Below are positions 48,126 to 58,309 of a DNA stretch of 64,000 nucleotides, piece by piece (position 1 is the first letter of the stretch; the number at the start of each line of letters is the position of its first letter). Position numbers and translations under genes: made by a program. Below the pieces are notes generated by a model that worked only from the letters and a program-made list of their open reading frames with translations, ran no database searches and was not told where the DNA came from. This DNA is from a virus: IMG/VR virus record IMGVR_UViG_3300018080_007253, positions 356 through 64,355 of that record. The stretch is one strand, 5' to 3'.

Positions 48126-48242
48126 TTACTTGCTCTTCTTTGAACGTCGATTTTTCCGTGTAGTTTCTTGCTTACATGGTCCTTTGCCGCGCCCTGTGCG
48201 TGGACCTTTCCCTTCGGGTCCTGTCCTATCTCTATTCGGCAT
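48126..48242 (-). CDS. DUF5320-like small basic peptide (38 aa)
   Basis: MPNRDRTGPEGKGPRTGRGKGPC matches the MP.xDxTGP.GxGP.TGRG.G.C pattern; GGGAGG RBS before the ATG at 48242. Confidence 0.7.
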   Translation of the reverse strand: MPNRDRTGPEGKGPRTGRGKGPCKQETTRKNRRSKKSK

Positions 48243-48255
48243 AGCGCCTCCCTTC

Positions 48256-48702
48256 TTAGAATGGTAAATCATCATTATCCAACAGTTCTTCTTCCTCTTC
48301 TTCTTGTTGCTTTGGCTTAGCCTTTTGTGTCTTTTTTGGTTTACTTTGTCTCTTTTGTCTATTGTTACTGTCGCTATCCCCAACTTGAAGAAATGTTTGC
48401 TCTGTATCAACAACTGTCATTTCTGTTGCATTAAGAACAACTTTTGATCGTTTCTCGCCCTTTTTCGATTCCCATTTTTCCTGCTTCAAATAGCCAGTAA
48501 GTGTAACCATTACATTCGCATCATCTCCATTTGTAAGTGCTGCTGCCCTTTCGGCGTTCTTTTCCCAAAGAGTTACATCAAGATAACTATAATCCTTTCC
48601 ACTTTTAAAAGATACACTAGTTTGTGCAACAGCCTTACCATTAGAGGTATAGCGAAGGTTTACATTAAAAATACGTCCTGTAATTACTGTAAAATTTGCC
48701 AT
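48256..48702 (-). CDS. ssb: single-stranded DNA-binding protein
   Basis: LRYTSNGKAVA...VTLWEK.AE...GYLKQEKWE...KRSK OB-fold with an acidic tip DNDDLPF. Confidence 0.88.
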   Translation of the reverse strand: MANFTVITGRIFNVNLRYTSNGKAVAQTSVSFKSGKDYSYLDVTLWEKNAERAAALTNGDDANVMVTLTGYLKQEKWESKKGEKRSKVVLNATEMTVVDTEQTFLQVGDSDSNNRQKRQSKPKKTQKAKPKQQEEEEEELLDNDDLPF

Positions 48703-48731
48703 AAGAAATTTCCTTTCTAAAATAATGGTGT

Positions 48732-51700
48732 TTACTCATATATAATATCTACTAAAGTGCCCAATTTGTTTGATGAAATATTTTTAATTATACCGTCTCT
48801 GTCAAATACTGCCACATAACTTTTTTTCCCTGGCAAATATATTTTATTAATACAAAACGATCCATATTCTGCAGACAATTTGCCCTCTATGCAACAGACA
48901 TCACAATGTTCTAATGCTTTTTTTAATTTTTTATGTACTTCTTCATTATTATGGAAATAGATTGCTCGCTGTCTATCTGTTGAATCATATATGTCAAACA
49001 TTGATAATAAATTATCTTTTTTGCTTCTGATAGTTATAAAATCCTCTACACATACAAGTATTGGTCCATTTTCAAATTTAGCATACGACAAACCATCATC
49101 CACCTTTCTGTATACATCTGCAACAGAATATGTAATAGGAAACCCAATAATTTCTTTTTCTTTTTCTGCTATTATTTTTTTCTTTTCAATCTCGCTTAAA
49201 TTGTTTTCTACTGCCTTTTTAAGTTTGTCGTTTTTTAATTTATCTCCCATTTCTATAGCCCATTCATTTACTGCGGCCATAAAAGATATCTTTTTATTAC
49301 TCATTATTTCTTCTATTTTTTCTAACCTTTTGTCTGTAAGCATATAAAATATTTTGAACTCTCTCCACATTTCATAGCGATTATCATAATGGTTTAAAAG
49401 AGTTTCATCAAATGCACCACTGAACACCAATGTTTTTATTGTACTTTGATTAATTTTATATTGTTTTATCAAGTGTCTCAAACTATGAATGCACTTTACT
49501 CCTTTTAATCTTTCTATTGCTTTTTTTACAGATTTTCCTATTCCTTTCAAATCTTTAAAACCAAAATATATAACACCATCCTCAATACAAAAATCAAATT
49601 GAGATTTATTAATGTCTGGTGGCTTTATTTTTATACCAAATTTCATTGCATCATAATATAATTCTTTAATTTCCTGTTGCGGCTTTTGTTCTTGATGTGC
49701 CATTCTCAACATTGCCAAATAGAAATATAATGGATAATGTTTTTTGTACCACGCCATAGTGTATCCAAGCATAGCATAGGCCGTACTATGGCTTGCATTA
49801 AAGCTATAGCTTGCTGCAGCCTCTATGAGTTCCCACAATTCATCTGCTAATTCCTTATCGTATTTATTTTTAATACAACCATCAATAAATTTATTTTTGT
49901 ATTGTGCCATTTTTTCTGGCAATTTTTTCCCGACGAATTTTCTTAACTTGTCAGCTTCTATAAGTGAAAATCCTGCAATTTTTCTTGCAACCTTTAAAAG
50001 CTGTTCTTGAAAAAGCATAATACCATTGGTCTTACTAAATATTGGCTCAAGATCAGGATGCATATATTCTATTTTTTGTGCATTTTTGTTATCTACATAT
50101 TGTTGCGCAAGCCCAGTATCGAGCGTTGCTGGACGTATAAGCGCTATAACATCTGACCATTGTTCTATATTTGATGGCTTAACTTTTTTCATCCACGCAA
50201 TGCCAAGGTGTGATTCAAGTTGAAAAATTCCTTTAGTTTTTCCTTGCGACGCCATATTAAAAACAGATTCATCATCATAAGATTCAGAATCTTTTTTGTT
50301 ATGGACAATACCATTTTTTTTCATTTCTTTCCTAATAATATCAATTACAGTCATCGATTTAATGCCAAGCACGTCAAGCTTCAAAAAACCCATACTTTCC
50401 AATATTCTCATGTCGTATGCGGTTACGTGCCGCTTATTTCTCGCGTCCCACGACAGAGGCACTTCCCCGCCTATATCTTTATCTGACACGACTATCGCGC
50501 ATGCATGTCCTCCTGGCTGTCGCTTGCACCCTTCAAGTGTTTGCGCGTGTTTAAATAGCATTTTTAATTTTCTTGATCTTTCGTTTATTAGTTCTTTTAA
50601 CTGTGTTTTTCTTAATTGGTTAGTTGAGTTTTTTAATTCTTTTTCCCATCTTTCTATGTCTTCATCTATCCCTTCTGAAAATCTTTTAATATCTGTTGAT
50701 GTTTCAATGGCTTTTTCTATCGTGTCAACTTTGTGTGGAAACTTTTTTGTAATTTTATTAATGTAGTCAAACTGCAAATTTATTGCCCTGCCGACATCCT
50801 TAAGTGCCGCCTTGCCAGCCATTGTACCAACTGTCATCATTGGATATACTTTATTGTGTCCAAATTTTTGCCTTAGATAGTCTATAATTTCTCCTCGCCT
50901 TTCTACATCGAAATCCAGGTCGATATCAGGATATGAGCCTTTCCTACCTTTATTGTAAAATCTTTCCCATATTAAACTATATTTTATTGGATCAACGCCA
51001 GTTATATTCAAAATGTATGCAATTAGACTTCCTGCCGCACTTCCTCTGCCTACGCCCCTCGCTATTCCTTTTCTATCAGCGAACTCACACACATCATTCA
51101 CTATCAAAAAATAGTGTGCTAAATCAGCCTCTTTGATATCTGTCAACTCTTTTTTGACTCTTTCTACATAATCTTTATCATCCTTTGTAAACAATTTTCT
51201 TTTAATAGTTTTTTCTCTTGCCTTTTTCAACAATAAATCATAAGCTTCCTCATCGCTGAAGTTATTATAATTTGGAATTTTAGATGCTGGCTTAAATTCT
51301 ATTTCTACATTGCATCTATCGGCAATCCTTTGACTTTCTTCAACTTCTTCTTTTTTAAATCTTTCCAGCATCTCATCTTCTGATTGGATGTAATAATCAT
51401 ACCCATTAAATTTCATTCTTCCCCACGGCACGCTTTCTGTCTTTATTGGATCATCAAGAGTTTTGCGAGAATATATTGCTTTTAAAATTTCGTGAGAAAC
51501 ATGGTCTTCTTTGTTTAGGTAGTGGCAATTATGTACAATATATGAATTTGCAATATATGTATTATCATTTTCAACTTGTAAATTATAAACGTATCCATTA
51601 TATTTTTTTTCGTATATTTTATATATTCCAGTGTAAAAAAAGTTATTATCCGAACAAAATTTTGGTTTTGTGTTTTTTGTCGTTTGTATTTTTACATTTT

Positions 51701-54488
51701 TATCATATTCACAAGAATTAAATTCTTTTGAAAATCTCAACAATTGTTTACCACATATATTTAAAAAATATTGTGTTTTCCACGATGGGTGTTTTTTGTT
51801 TTTTATTTTAGTTGGAATAGAGAGATATCCTTTATAATTTAAATATTGAGATATTTGGTATATTAATTTTTCGCTGCAACTACAAATTCCAAATGACTGT
51901 GCTCTAATATGCCCATCACAATAAAAATAATATTTTAATATAGTATCTATCTCTGATTCTGTGAACCTATGTATATTTTTTATATATTTATTATGTCCTA
52001 AATGTCCAGTAAAATTTTTAAAAATATGACGAAAAACAAAAGATGAGTATGCTATTCTAATATATTCATTATGATATGTTTTATAGGCATTAAAACCAAA
52101 CTGCATAAAATATTTTTCTACAATATTAACAAAATCATTATGTTTTTTATTGAATGTAAATGAAACTTTATAATTATTAATATTGCCTTCTGCCATATAC
52201 ATGCCTAAAATTTTACACAATGTTTTGTCAATTTTTAAATTTCGTGGAATTTTTATATGTTGTTGTGAATAAGATTTAACATATCCATTTTTTAATATTC
52301 TGCCACGTTTTTTCTCGATATTATCCCATATATCATACGAAGATGAAAAATCAGAACGCTTTGGAAAAATCATTTTATATTTTGGAATGCATAAAATATC
52401 ATTTTCATTTATTTCCCCTGCCGTTTTCCATATCTTAATATTTTTATTCTTAAAATTTATACCTTTATTTTTTCTTTCTTTAACTAAAATTGGGTGATTT
52501 TTTGTACATACAATATTTTCTGATCCTAGATATGGCTTAATTACTACAAGGTTTTCGTCTATTTTTCTTTTGTTTATAAATTCTACATTATGTAATTCTC
52601 CATTGTGAGTGTATACCCTATCATGTATTTTTAAATTTTCTATATTTCTACAGCCATCTATTGTCGATATTTTTGTTCCTGGAATAAAGCAATCGTTCGT
52701 TGCAATAACTGGAATATCATATTTTGCTGCAAATTTTCTCGACACGTCTATTACCGTGTGTTGTTCTGGAATATAATCAATTCCATCTCTGTTTACTTGT
52801 TGAATTTCTAAATAAAAACGATCACCAAATTCTTTTTTAAAAAGTTTGGTAAGTCGCTCTGCCTTTTGCGCATCGTTTACCATGTGATAAGGTATAAGCC
52901 CTCCAACACAGGCAGTAAGAATAATAACCCCTTCTTTGTGCTTAAATAGCGTTGGCAGATCTATTCTTGGCTTATAATAAAAGCCGCCACCCTTATTCAA
53001 TGGAGTATTTGCATATGTTGTCAGCTTAACTATATTCTCCCAACCCTTGTTGTTCATCGCAAGTGCAATCAAATGATATGATTTGCGCTCTTTATCTTTG
53101 TTATCTTCCACGCAATAAAATTCACAATTATGGATTGCAAAACTGGACAAATATGAGTTGTCATGCTCTACCTCTATATTGTACACCGGACCATTGTACT
53201 GTTTTTTGTCGATATTTTTAATTGGGCATTTAATATAGTCATTTTCTACTATTGAATACTTTCCTTTTGTTTCCTTATTGGAAATATGTGCGTAGAATGC
53301 AACATGCTTTTGACAACTTTTCCCCTTTGGATGTGATTCTAAAATATTTATAGTCTGACCAAATTTTGCGAATAGATGTTTTAGCGTATACATCAATTTT
53401 TTATTAGATAATTTTAAAACATTAAATTGTTTTGTAGTTTTAGCATCTCCTTGACATACTCCATCTAATATGCCTCGATGGAATTTATTGTTATCAATAT
53501 ATAATATTTTCGCATTTATATATTTACCATATGAATATTTTCCGAATAACTTATAGAACAATTCAGCTATTATAGTAGATGAAATTGTAATGTCGTATGT
53601 GTTTTTGCCTTTTCTTTTCTTAGCGTTACCAGTAACTCCAAAGCATTTATTGATCATTGACAATACAAAATTAACATATTCGTTTTCATCAATGTTAAAT
53701 GTAAAACTAATGCCAGTAAGTTTATTATTTATAGAATAATATGAGCCTTCTGCCAAAAATAACCCACAAAGTCTTCCGAAATTGTAGTCTAATTTAAATT
53801 CTGTATTTATCCAATGCGATTGCGAATTTTTGCAATCAGATATACCATTCTTTTTCCATGCTCTCATGGCAATTTTTGAGCTTTTGATGATATATTGTTT
53901 GTCTGTTATATTCAAAAATTCTGACATATGGAAACTATCTTTTTTTGCAAATTTATATTTTGTGGGGATATTAATATACGATTTCCATAATTTGTTATTT
54001 ATTTTTTTAGGACTTCCATTCTTATATTTTTCCTGTCCAAAGCATATTTCATCCGCACGAATCCATTTTGTTTCGTTTGTATTATAAGTGATTAGAACAG
54101 GATGTTCGTTTGTTAACCACATTTTTTCATTAACCCATGGATCAATTCCATATATTATACCATTGTAATCACGAGTCATAGTCCTTAATACTTTTTTAAA
54201 CCTACCGTTATGTGTAATAACATAATCATCTGTTGTTACTTTCTCTATAGGTTTCGGGCCATCTTTTGTATATATAATTTGTCCAGGTAAACAACAGCCA
54301 ATAACCGGCTTAATCCCCTGCTTTTTGCACTCCTTGTAAAATTCTAGAGCTCCGCTGATGTTTCCGTGATCTGTTATCGCACAAGCGTTTTGCCCTAATG
54401 CCTTGACTTTTTTAACATAGTCTTTGATCCTAAGACAAGAGTCCAAATACGAATAGCTTGTATGTGCATGTAGGCTTACATATGCCAT
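48732..54488 (-). CDS. dnaE: DNA polymerase III alpha subunit with two inteins (1,140 aa after splicing)
   Basis: PHP HAHTSYS.LD and ITDHGN; GRGSAAGSL; YPDIDLDF; LKLDVLG; FQLES; FQEQ; FNASHSTAY. Confidence 0.96.
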   Translation of the reverse strand: MAYVSLHAHTSYSYLDSCLRIKDYVKKVKALGQNACAITDHGNISGALEFYKECKKQGIKPVIGCCLPGQIIYTKDGPKPIEKVTTDDYVITHNGRFKKVLRTMTRDYNGIIYGIDPWVNEKMWLTNEHPVLITYNTNETKWIRADEICFGQEKYKNGSPKKINNKLWKSYINIPTKYKFAKKDSFHMSEFLNITDKQYIIKSSKIAMRAWKKNGISDCKNSQSHWINTEFKLDYNFGRLCGLFLAEGSYYSINNKLTGISFTFNIDENEYVNFVLSMINKCFGVTGNAKKRKGKNTYDITISSTIIAELFYKLFGKYSYGKYINAKILYIDNNKFHRGILDGVCQGDAKTTKQFNVLKLSNKKLMYTLKHLFAKFGQTINILESHPKGKSCQKHVAFYAHISNKETKGKYSIVENDYIKCPIKNIDKKQYNGPVYNIEVEHDNSYLSSFAIHNCEFYCVEDNKDKERKSYHLIALAMNNKGWENIVKLTTYANTPLNKGGGFYYKPRIDLPTLFKHKEGVIILTACVGGLIPYHMVNDAQKAERLTKLFKKEFGDRFYLEIQQVNRDGIDYIPEQHTVIDVSRKFAAKYDIPVIATNDCFIPGTKISTIDGCRNIENLKIHDRVYTHNGELHNVEFINKRKIDENLVVIKPYLGSENIVCTKNHPILVKERKNKGINFKNKNIKIWKTAGEINENDILCIPKYKMIFPKRSDFSSSYDIWDNIEKKRGRILKNGYVKSYSQQHIKIPRNLKIDKTLCKILGMYMAEGNINNYKVSFTFNKKHNDFVNIVEKYFMQFGFNAYKTYHNEYIRIAYSSFVFRHIFKNFTGHLGHNKYIKNIHRFTESEIDTILKYYFYCDGHIRAQSFGICSCSEKLIYQISQYLNYKGYLSIPTKIKNKKHPSWKTQYFLNICGKQLLRFSKEFNSCEYDKNVKIQTTKNTKPKFCSDNNFFYTGIYKIYEKKYNGYVYNLQVENDNTYIANSYIVHNCHYLNKEDHVSHEILKAIYSRKTLDDPIKTESVPWGRMKFNGYDYYIQSEDEMLERFKKEEVEESQRIADRCNVEIEFKPASKIPNYNNFSDEEAYDLLLKKAREKTIKRKLFTKDDKDYVERVKKELTDIKEADLAHYFLIVNDVCEFADRKGIARGVGRGSAAGSLIAYILNITGVDPIKYSLIWERFYNKGRKGSYPDIDLDFDVERRGEIIDYLRQKFGHNKVYPMMTVGTMAGKAALKDVGRAINLQFDYINKITKKFPHKVDTIEKAIETSTDIKRFSEGIDEDIERWEKELKNSTNQLRKTQLKELINERSRKLKMLFKHAQTLEGCKRQPGGHACAIVVSDKDIGGEVPLSWDARNKRHVTAYDMRILESMGFLKLDVLGIKSMTVIDIIRKEMKKNGIVHNKKDSESYDDESVFNMASQGKTKGIFQLESHLGIAWMKKVKPSNIEQWSDVIALIRPATLDTGLAQQYVDNKNAQKIEYMHPDLEPIFSKTNGIMLFQEQLLKVARKIAGFSLIEADKLRKFVGKKLPEKMAQYKNKFIDGCIKNKYDKELADELWELIEAAASYSFNASHSTAYAMLGYTMAWYKKHYPLYFYLAMLRMAHQEQKPQQEIKELYYDAMKFGIKIKPPDINKSQFDFCIEDGVIYFGFKDLKGIGKSVKKAIERLKGVKCIHSLRHLIKQYKINQSTIKTLVFSGAFDETLLNHYDNRYEMWREFKIFYMLTDKRLEKIEEIMSNKKISFMAAVNEWAIEMGDKLKNDKLKKAVENNLSEIEKKKIIAEKEKEIIGFPITYSVADVYRKVDDGLSYAKFENGPILVCVEDFITIRSKKDNLLSMFDIYDSTDRQRAIYFHNNEEVHKKLKKALEHCDVCCIEGKLSAEYGSFCINKIYLPGKKSYVAVFDRDGIIKNISSNKLGTLVDIIYE
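51528..52691 (-). mobile_element. DnaE intein 2 with LAGLIDADG endonuclease (388 aa)
   Basis: ATND|CFIPGT...TKNHPIL...LGMYMAEG...YYFYCDG...IVHN|CHY. Confidence 0.93.
53127..54296 (-). mobile_element. DnaE intein 1 with LAGLIDADG endonuclease (390 aa)
   Basis: KPVIG|CCLPGQ...TNEHPVL...GLFLAEG...GVCQGD...AIHN|CEFY. Confidence 0.93.
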
Positions 54489-55621
54489 TATTTTACCTCA
54501 TTCGACAGCAATGTTGTCCATGTGCAGTCTACAATATTTGAAAACGCTGAGAAATTTCCATTATCATCGTGCGATGTAAGAGCAATTTTTAAATCAACAG
54601 TTTCTTCGCCAGTTACAGGCATCGCTCCCATATTAAAAAGTTCTAATAGTGTGATTGTATTCATAACCCCTATAGAACAAACTGCATTTTCTGGATCGTT
54701 AGTTGGCTGTTCATCATTGGCATTCCAAATATAAACATGATACCCTGTTACAACACCACTAATGTCTTCATCCCAAACTAGTCTGCCAACACTTTCTTCT
54801 ATAATCTCTGATGTACACATTTGAAATCCGCTATAGCAAAATAGTTGAAAATCAAAAATTCCATATATTTCATTCACATATAAATATGATGTGTCGCTAC
54901 CATCAATTGTGTCTATAATACTTTTGCCACATTTAATTTCTATTTTATCATATGCGCTGCCATTTTCCCAATTTAGTGTGATATCTCCTGTGTCATGGTC
55001 AACTTCAGTTACTAATAGCTCAACAGGATGTATTTGTGGAATATCAGTTTCACAAAATGTTGACATTGTTTCGTGGACGCCAAAAGTTGACTTTATTTCA
55101 AAGAGGAGTTTTCCACTTACATTATTTTCATATGTATACGATGTAGCGTTGCCATCTAAGGTTATTGTGTCACTTCCACAAATGATTATAATATTGTCGT
55201 ATTCTTGACCGTTCGTCCATTCAAGCAGGATGTTGCCACTCGTATTATCTACATTGCACGAAAAGTCACTAATCCTTTCTGGCTCCCATACAACAATCGC
55301 AATGCTCGGAGGCTGTAGCCAATCGCCTTTTGGATTTTCTGATACATTATAAAAATTTGTTCCATTGGGTGGATTAACATCAACAAATTGTTTTGCGTTT
55401 CCATCAACTGTAGCAATAATTTTATTATTTCTCAACACATCGATTGATTCACATTTATTTTCTTCAAAAAGCTTCCATTGTACTTTAACACTTTTCTCTT
55501 TTGCGATATATTTACCACTTACATTATAAACGTTTGGACTATTGCTTGGTGTGTCATGATTGTCGTTGTGGCATCCAAAAAATGTAAACAGTGTAACAAT
55601 AATTGTAATAAAATACTTCAT
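54488..55621 (-). CDS. lipoprotein with three Fn3/Ig-like repeats
   Basis: Signal peptide with FFG-C lipobox; repeats such as ILLEWTNGQEYDNI...LDGNATSYTY and ITLNWENGSAYDKI...IDGSDTSYLY. Confidence 0.7.
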   Translation of the reverse strand: MKYFITIIVTLFTFFGCHNDNHDTPSNSPNVYNVSGKYIAKEKSVKVQWKLFEENKCESIDVLRNNKIIATVDGNAKQFVDVNPPNGTNFYNVSENPKGDWLQPPSIAIVVWEPERISDFSCNVDNTSGNILLEWTNGQEYDNIIIICGSDTITLDGNATSYTYENNVSGKLLFEIKSTFGVHETMSTFCETDIPQIHPVELLVTEVDHDTGDITLNWENGSAYDKIEIKCGKSIIDTIDGSDTSYLYVNEIYGIFDFQLFCYSGFQMCTSEIIEESVGRLVWDEDISGVVTGYHVYIWNANDEQPTNDPENAVCSIGVMNTITLLELFNMGAMPVTGEETVDLKIALTSHDDNGNFSAFSNIVDCTWTTLLSNEVK

Positions 55622-55640
55622 AGTTTTTTCCTTTCGATAA

Positions 55641-56420
55641 TTATGAATTGACTAATTCGTTCCACTTTGCATCGCATGTTTGTCTGTCGCATAAATATTT
55701 GCATCTAAAGTTGGGTTCCTCCCATTGGCGACGAGGCACCTCTGTCATTGCTGTTAATATGTTCCAGTATCTTTTTATGGCAATTTTTGCACCTTTCACC
55801 ATTTTGTCGGTTGGTGCTACCCATACTGGGCGCTTCTGCAAATAGTCGAGACAAATATTATAATATTTGTAGCCAGGATATAGAATTTCTGCAGCTATTC
55901 TATACATTAATACCTGAGCATCACGGTGCGCTTCCTTTTGAGACATTGTATGCTTTCCGGTTTTCCAGTCGAGAACCAAAAGAGTTTCTTTATCTTCTTC
56001 TATTACTAAATCCATAAAACCTTTTATAACTGCTCCAGAATCAAGTTTTTCATTAAACTGTTTTTCTGCTGCAATAGTATTCCATGTCAAAGGATTAAAT
56101 TTATCTGGCCTATCAAAGACTTTATTTACCAGCCAAAAAATATCCGTCCATACATCTTTTGGGTCTTTGTTTTTGTCTTCTTTTGCTATTTTGTGCAATG
56201 TGTGTGCCTTTGGCTTAGCATAATCAATCCATGTGTTGGAATCTATTTTGCCATTAGCAATCTGCTCAAATACATCATGTACAAACGAGCCCAAGTCTGC
56301 AGGGTAATTTGATGGCATCTTTATTTTCAGCACATATTGCAAAAAGAATTTGAACGGGCATTGTTTATATGACTTTATAGATGATGCAGACAGGTGTTTC
56401 ACTTTATGAATTTTCATCAT
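55641..56420 (-). CDS. Cas4/RecB-like PD-(D/E)xK exonuclease
   Basis: LSASSI..Y.QCP, G.FVH, GFMDL...VLDWKTG, Q...Y, and a C-terminal CKYLC...C cluster. Confidence 0.82.
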   Translation of the reverse strand: MMKIHKVKHLSASSIKSYKQCPFKFFLQYVLKIKMPSNYPADLGSFVHDVFEQIANGKIDSNTWIDYAKPKAHTLHKIAKEDKNKDPKDVWTDIFWLVNKVFDRPDKFNPLTWNTIAAEKQFNEKLDSGAVIKGFMDLVIEEDKETLLVLDWKTGKHTMSQKEAHRDAQVLMYRIAAEILYPGYKYYNICLDYLQKRPVWVAPTDKMVKGAKIAIKRYWNILTAMTEVPRRQWEEPNFRCKYLCDRQTCDAKWNELVNS

Positions 56421-56673
56421 TATTCCCTTTTGTCTCTTGTAAATAAAGTTTACCTAATTCAGATTCTCTCTTAATGACTGTAACCTGTTTGCCCCTAGTG
56501 ATACGACCAAAAGCTTGTTCAAAATTTAATTGTCTAAAATATAGCGGCTTTAATCCTGTTTGATCTCTAACAGTTAAATCACCAGCTTGCGTTTCCTCTT
56601 TAGAAATCTCCATAAATAACAATTCGTTTTTGTTTTCATCTAATGCTAATAGATTTTCTTTAATGCTCATCAA
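56404..56673 (-). CDS. hypothetical protein
   Basis: 89-aa ORF coupled to its neighbours by overlaps. Confidence 0.55.
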   Translation of the reverse strand: MMSIKENLLALDENKNELLFMEISKEETQAGDLTVRDQTGLKPLYFRQLNFEQAFGRITRGKQVTVIKRESELGKLYLQETKGNNDENS

Positions 56674-57335
56674 TTACTCTCCCTTAAAATTTGTTTAATT
56701 ATTCTTGCCCACTCAGTATCAAGTTGTTTGATTGTCCTTTCTTTATTATAATCACGTATTGCAAAATCAAAATAATTGTCTGGCATTTCATCAAAAAGGC
56801 TTTCACTAGGATGCGTATCTACACCTAAATCAAAAATACTATATAGTTTAACAAGATATCCACCAGCATTCCTTATAGCTTCAAGTTCATTTTCAAATCT
56901 TACATCATCTACCACGCAGAGATTTGCTTGAGATTTTTCCATTGCTCTAATAGTGTTCTCTACCCACACATCTTTTTTGATAGCCCTGAAAAGATCTGTT
57001 CCAACAAGTTGCAATAATTGTCGATGTGTTATTTTGCCATGTTGAAATGCGTGGTTGGCCCCAAAAAACGAAAGTTTTATCATCAAATCTACATCGCTCC
57101 AATAGAGATGTGTAGGTGAGCTTTTATCTTCTTCTGTTCCAACCAGCTTATTATAATCAACATTAAAGATATCTGCAGTTAGTCGCTTTAGTTTTTCAGC
57201 AAATGAAAATTTTTGTACGACAAAATTAAGTGGAACATGTTTTTCAATAAATTTATACGATGTTGTTTTACCAGATTGTTTTTTCCCAAAAATTCCTATA
57301 ATGTTTTTTTGGTTTTTTCCCATTTCGATAGCCAT
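56670..57335 (-). CDS. deoxynucleoside monophosphate kinase
   Basis: GIFGKKQSGKTT, SFA..LK, RQLLQ.VGTD.FR, DVW, VDDVRFENE (T4 gp1-like). Confidence 0.85.
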   Translation of the reverse strand: MAIEMGKNQKNIIGIFGKKQSGKTTSYKFIEKHVPLNFVVQKFSFAEKLKRLTADIFNVDYNKLVGTEEDKSSPTHLYWSDVDLMIKLSFFGANHAFQHGKITHRQLLQLVGTDLFRAIKKDVWVENTIRAMEKSQANLCVVDDVRFENELEAIRNAGGYLVKLYSIFDLGVDTHPSESLFDEMPDNYFDFAIRDYNKERTIKQLDTEWARIIKQILRESN

Positions 57336-58309
57336 TGTTGGAAGCCCTCCAAATTAAATTCTTTTCTTTTAAGTAAAAAAAGTGGAACTGATGCTGCATC
57401 ATTATATTTTTTATCAAAAGTTAGCACAGACACTTCATATCCGTGATTTTCTAACATTACACCTATTTTTTCAGTTCCCTTCCATCCTGCCTTGTCGTTA
57501 TCAAGGCAAAGATAAATATTTTTTATGCCTATTTCATCTAGTGCAATTCTCTGTTCATTACTCATATCGCTACCCAAGAGTGCCAAACTGTTGTGTATAT
57601 TTGCAGATTCTAATTTTAAAACATCTGCTGGACCCTCTACAATAATTGCTGTATTTTTATTTGGTTTAAACGCATGTATGTTGTAAAACAAACCGCTTTT
57701 TCTAAAATTATAATGCTTCCATTTAGGAAATCTTTTATTATTTTTGTCATAACGAATAGCTCTGCCTGTCGCTCCTACAATAGTGCCTTTGCTGTCAAAA
57801 ATTGGAAACAAAACTCTATATTGAGTAATTGTTGGATAAATACCAACAAGATATCTATCTATTGTGCCTTTACTAATGCCCCACCTCATTGCATGTAAAC
57901 CGCATAATCTTTCTGATATATTTAAATCTTTAAATTCTTCAAATTCTATTTTTCTTGTATCTTGAACATTGTAGGAATAATCCATATCTGTATCTTCATA
58001 TTCATTAAATATCAGATGCATTATTTCTTCTGTAGTAATTGGATCAGGACTTCCATCAAGCATTCCATCAATAAATGATTTGGCATCTATTCCATATCGT
58101 TCATGACATCCCTTTGTCCAACAGCGCCATCTTTGATATTTTTTGTCCCAACTAAACCCAGTTGGATTATCTCCACCATGAATCGGACACGGCATTCTTA
58201 TTTCACGCCCATCTTCTATAACAATAAGTTTTGTCAAATCAAAATAATCAAGGATGTGTTTAAAATAAAAATTAAGTTTGTGTGTTTGTTTTTCACTGAT
58301 CATCTTCAA
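57296..58309 (-). CDS. dnaG: DNA primase (zinc-binding + TOPRIM)
   Basis: CPIHGGDNP...CWT.GCH; IIVEGPADV; ALLGS; LCLDND.AG. Confidence 0.88.
   Translation of the reverse strand: MKMISEKQTHKLNFYFKHILDYFDLTKLIVIEDGREIRMPCPIHGGDNPTGFSWDKKYQRWRCWTKGCHERYGIDAKSFIDGMLDGSPDPITTEEIMHLIFNEYEDTDMDYSYNVQDTRKIEFEEFKDLNISERLCGLHAMRWGISKGTIDRYLVGIYPTITQYRVLFPIFDSKGTIVGATGRAIRYDKNNKRFPKWKHYNFRKSGLFYNIHAFKPNKNTAIIVEGPADVLKLESANIHNSLALLGSDMSNEQRIALDEIGIKNIYLCLDNDKAGWKGTEKIGVMLENHGYEVSVLTFDKKYNDAASVPLFLLKRKEFNLEGFQQWLSKWEKTKKTL

Noticed and set aside
55641-56420. Cas4-like gene as evidence of a CRISPR system
   Set aside because: No repeat-spacer array or other cas genes were seen; solo Cas4-like exonucleases are common in phage replication modules.
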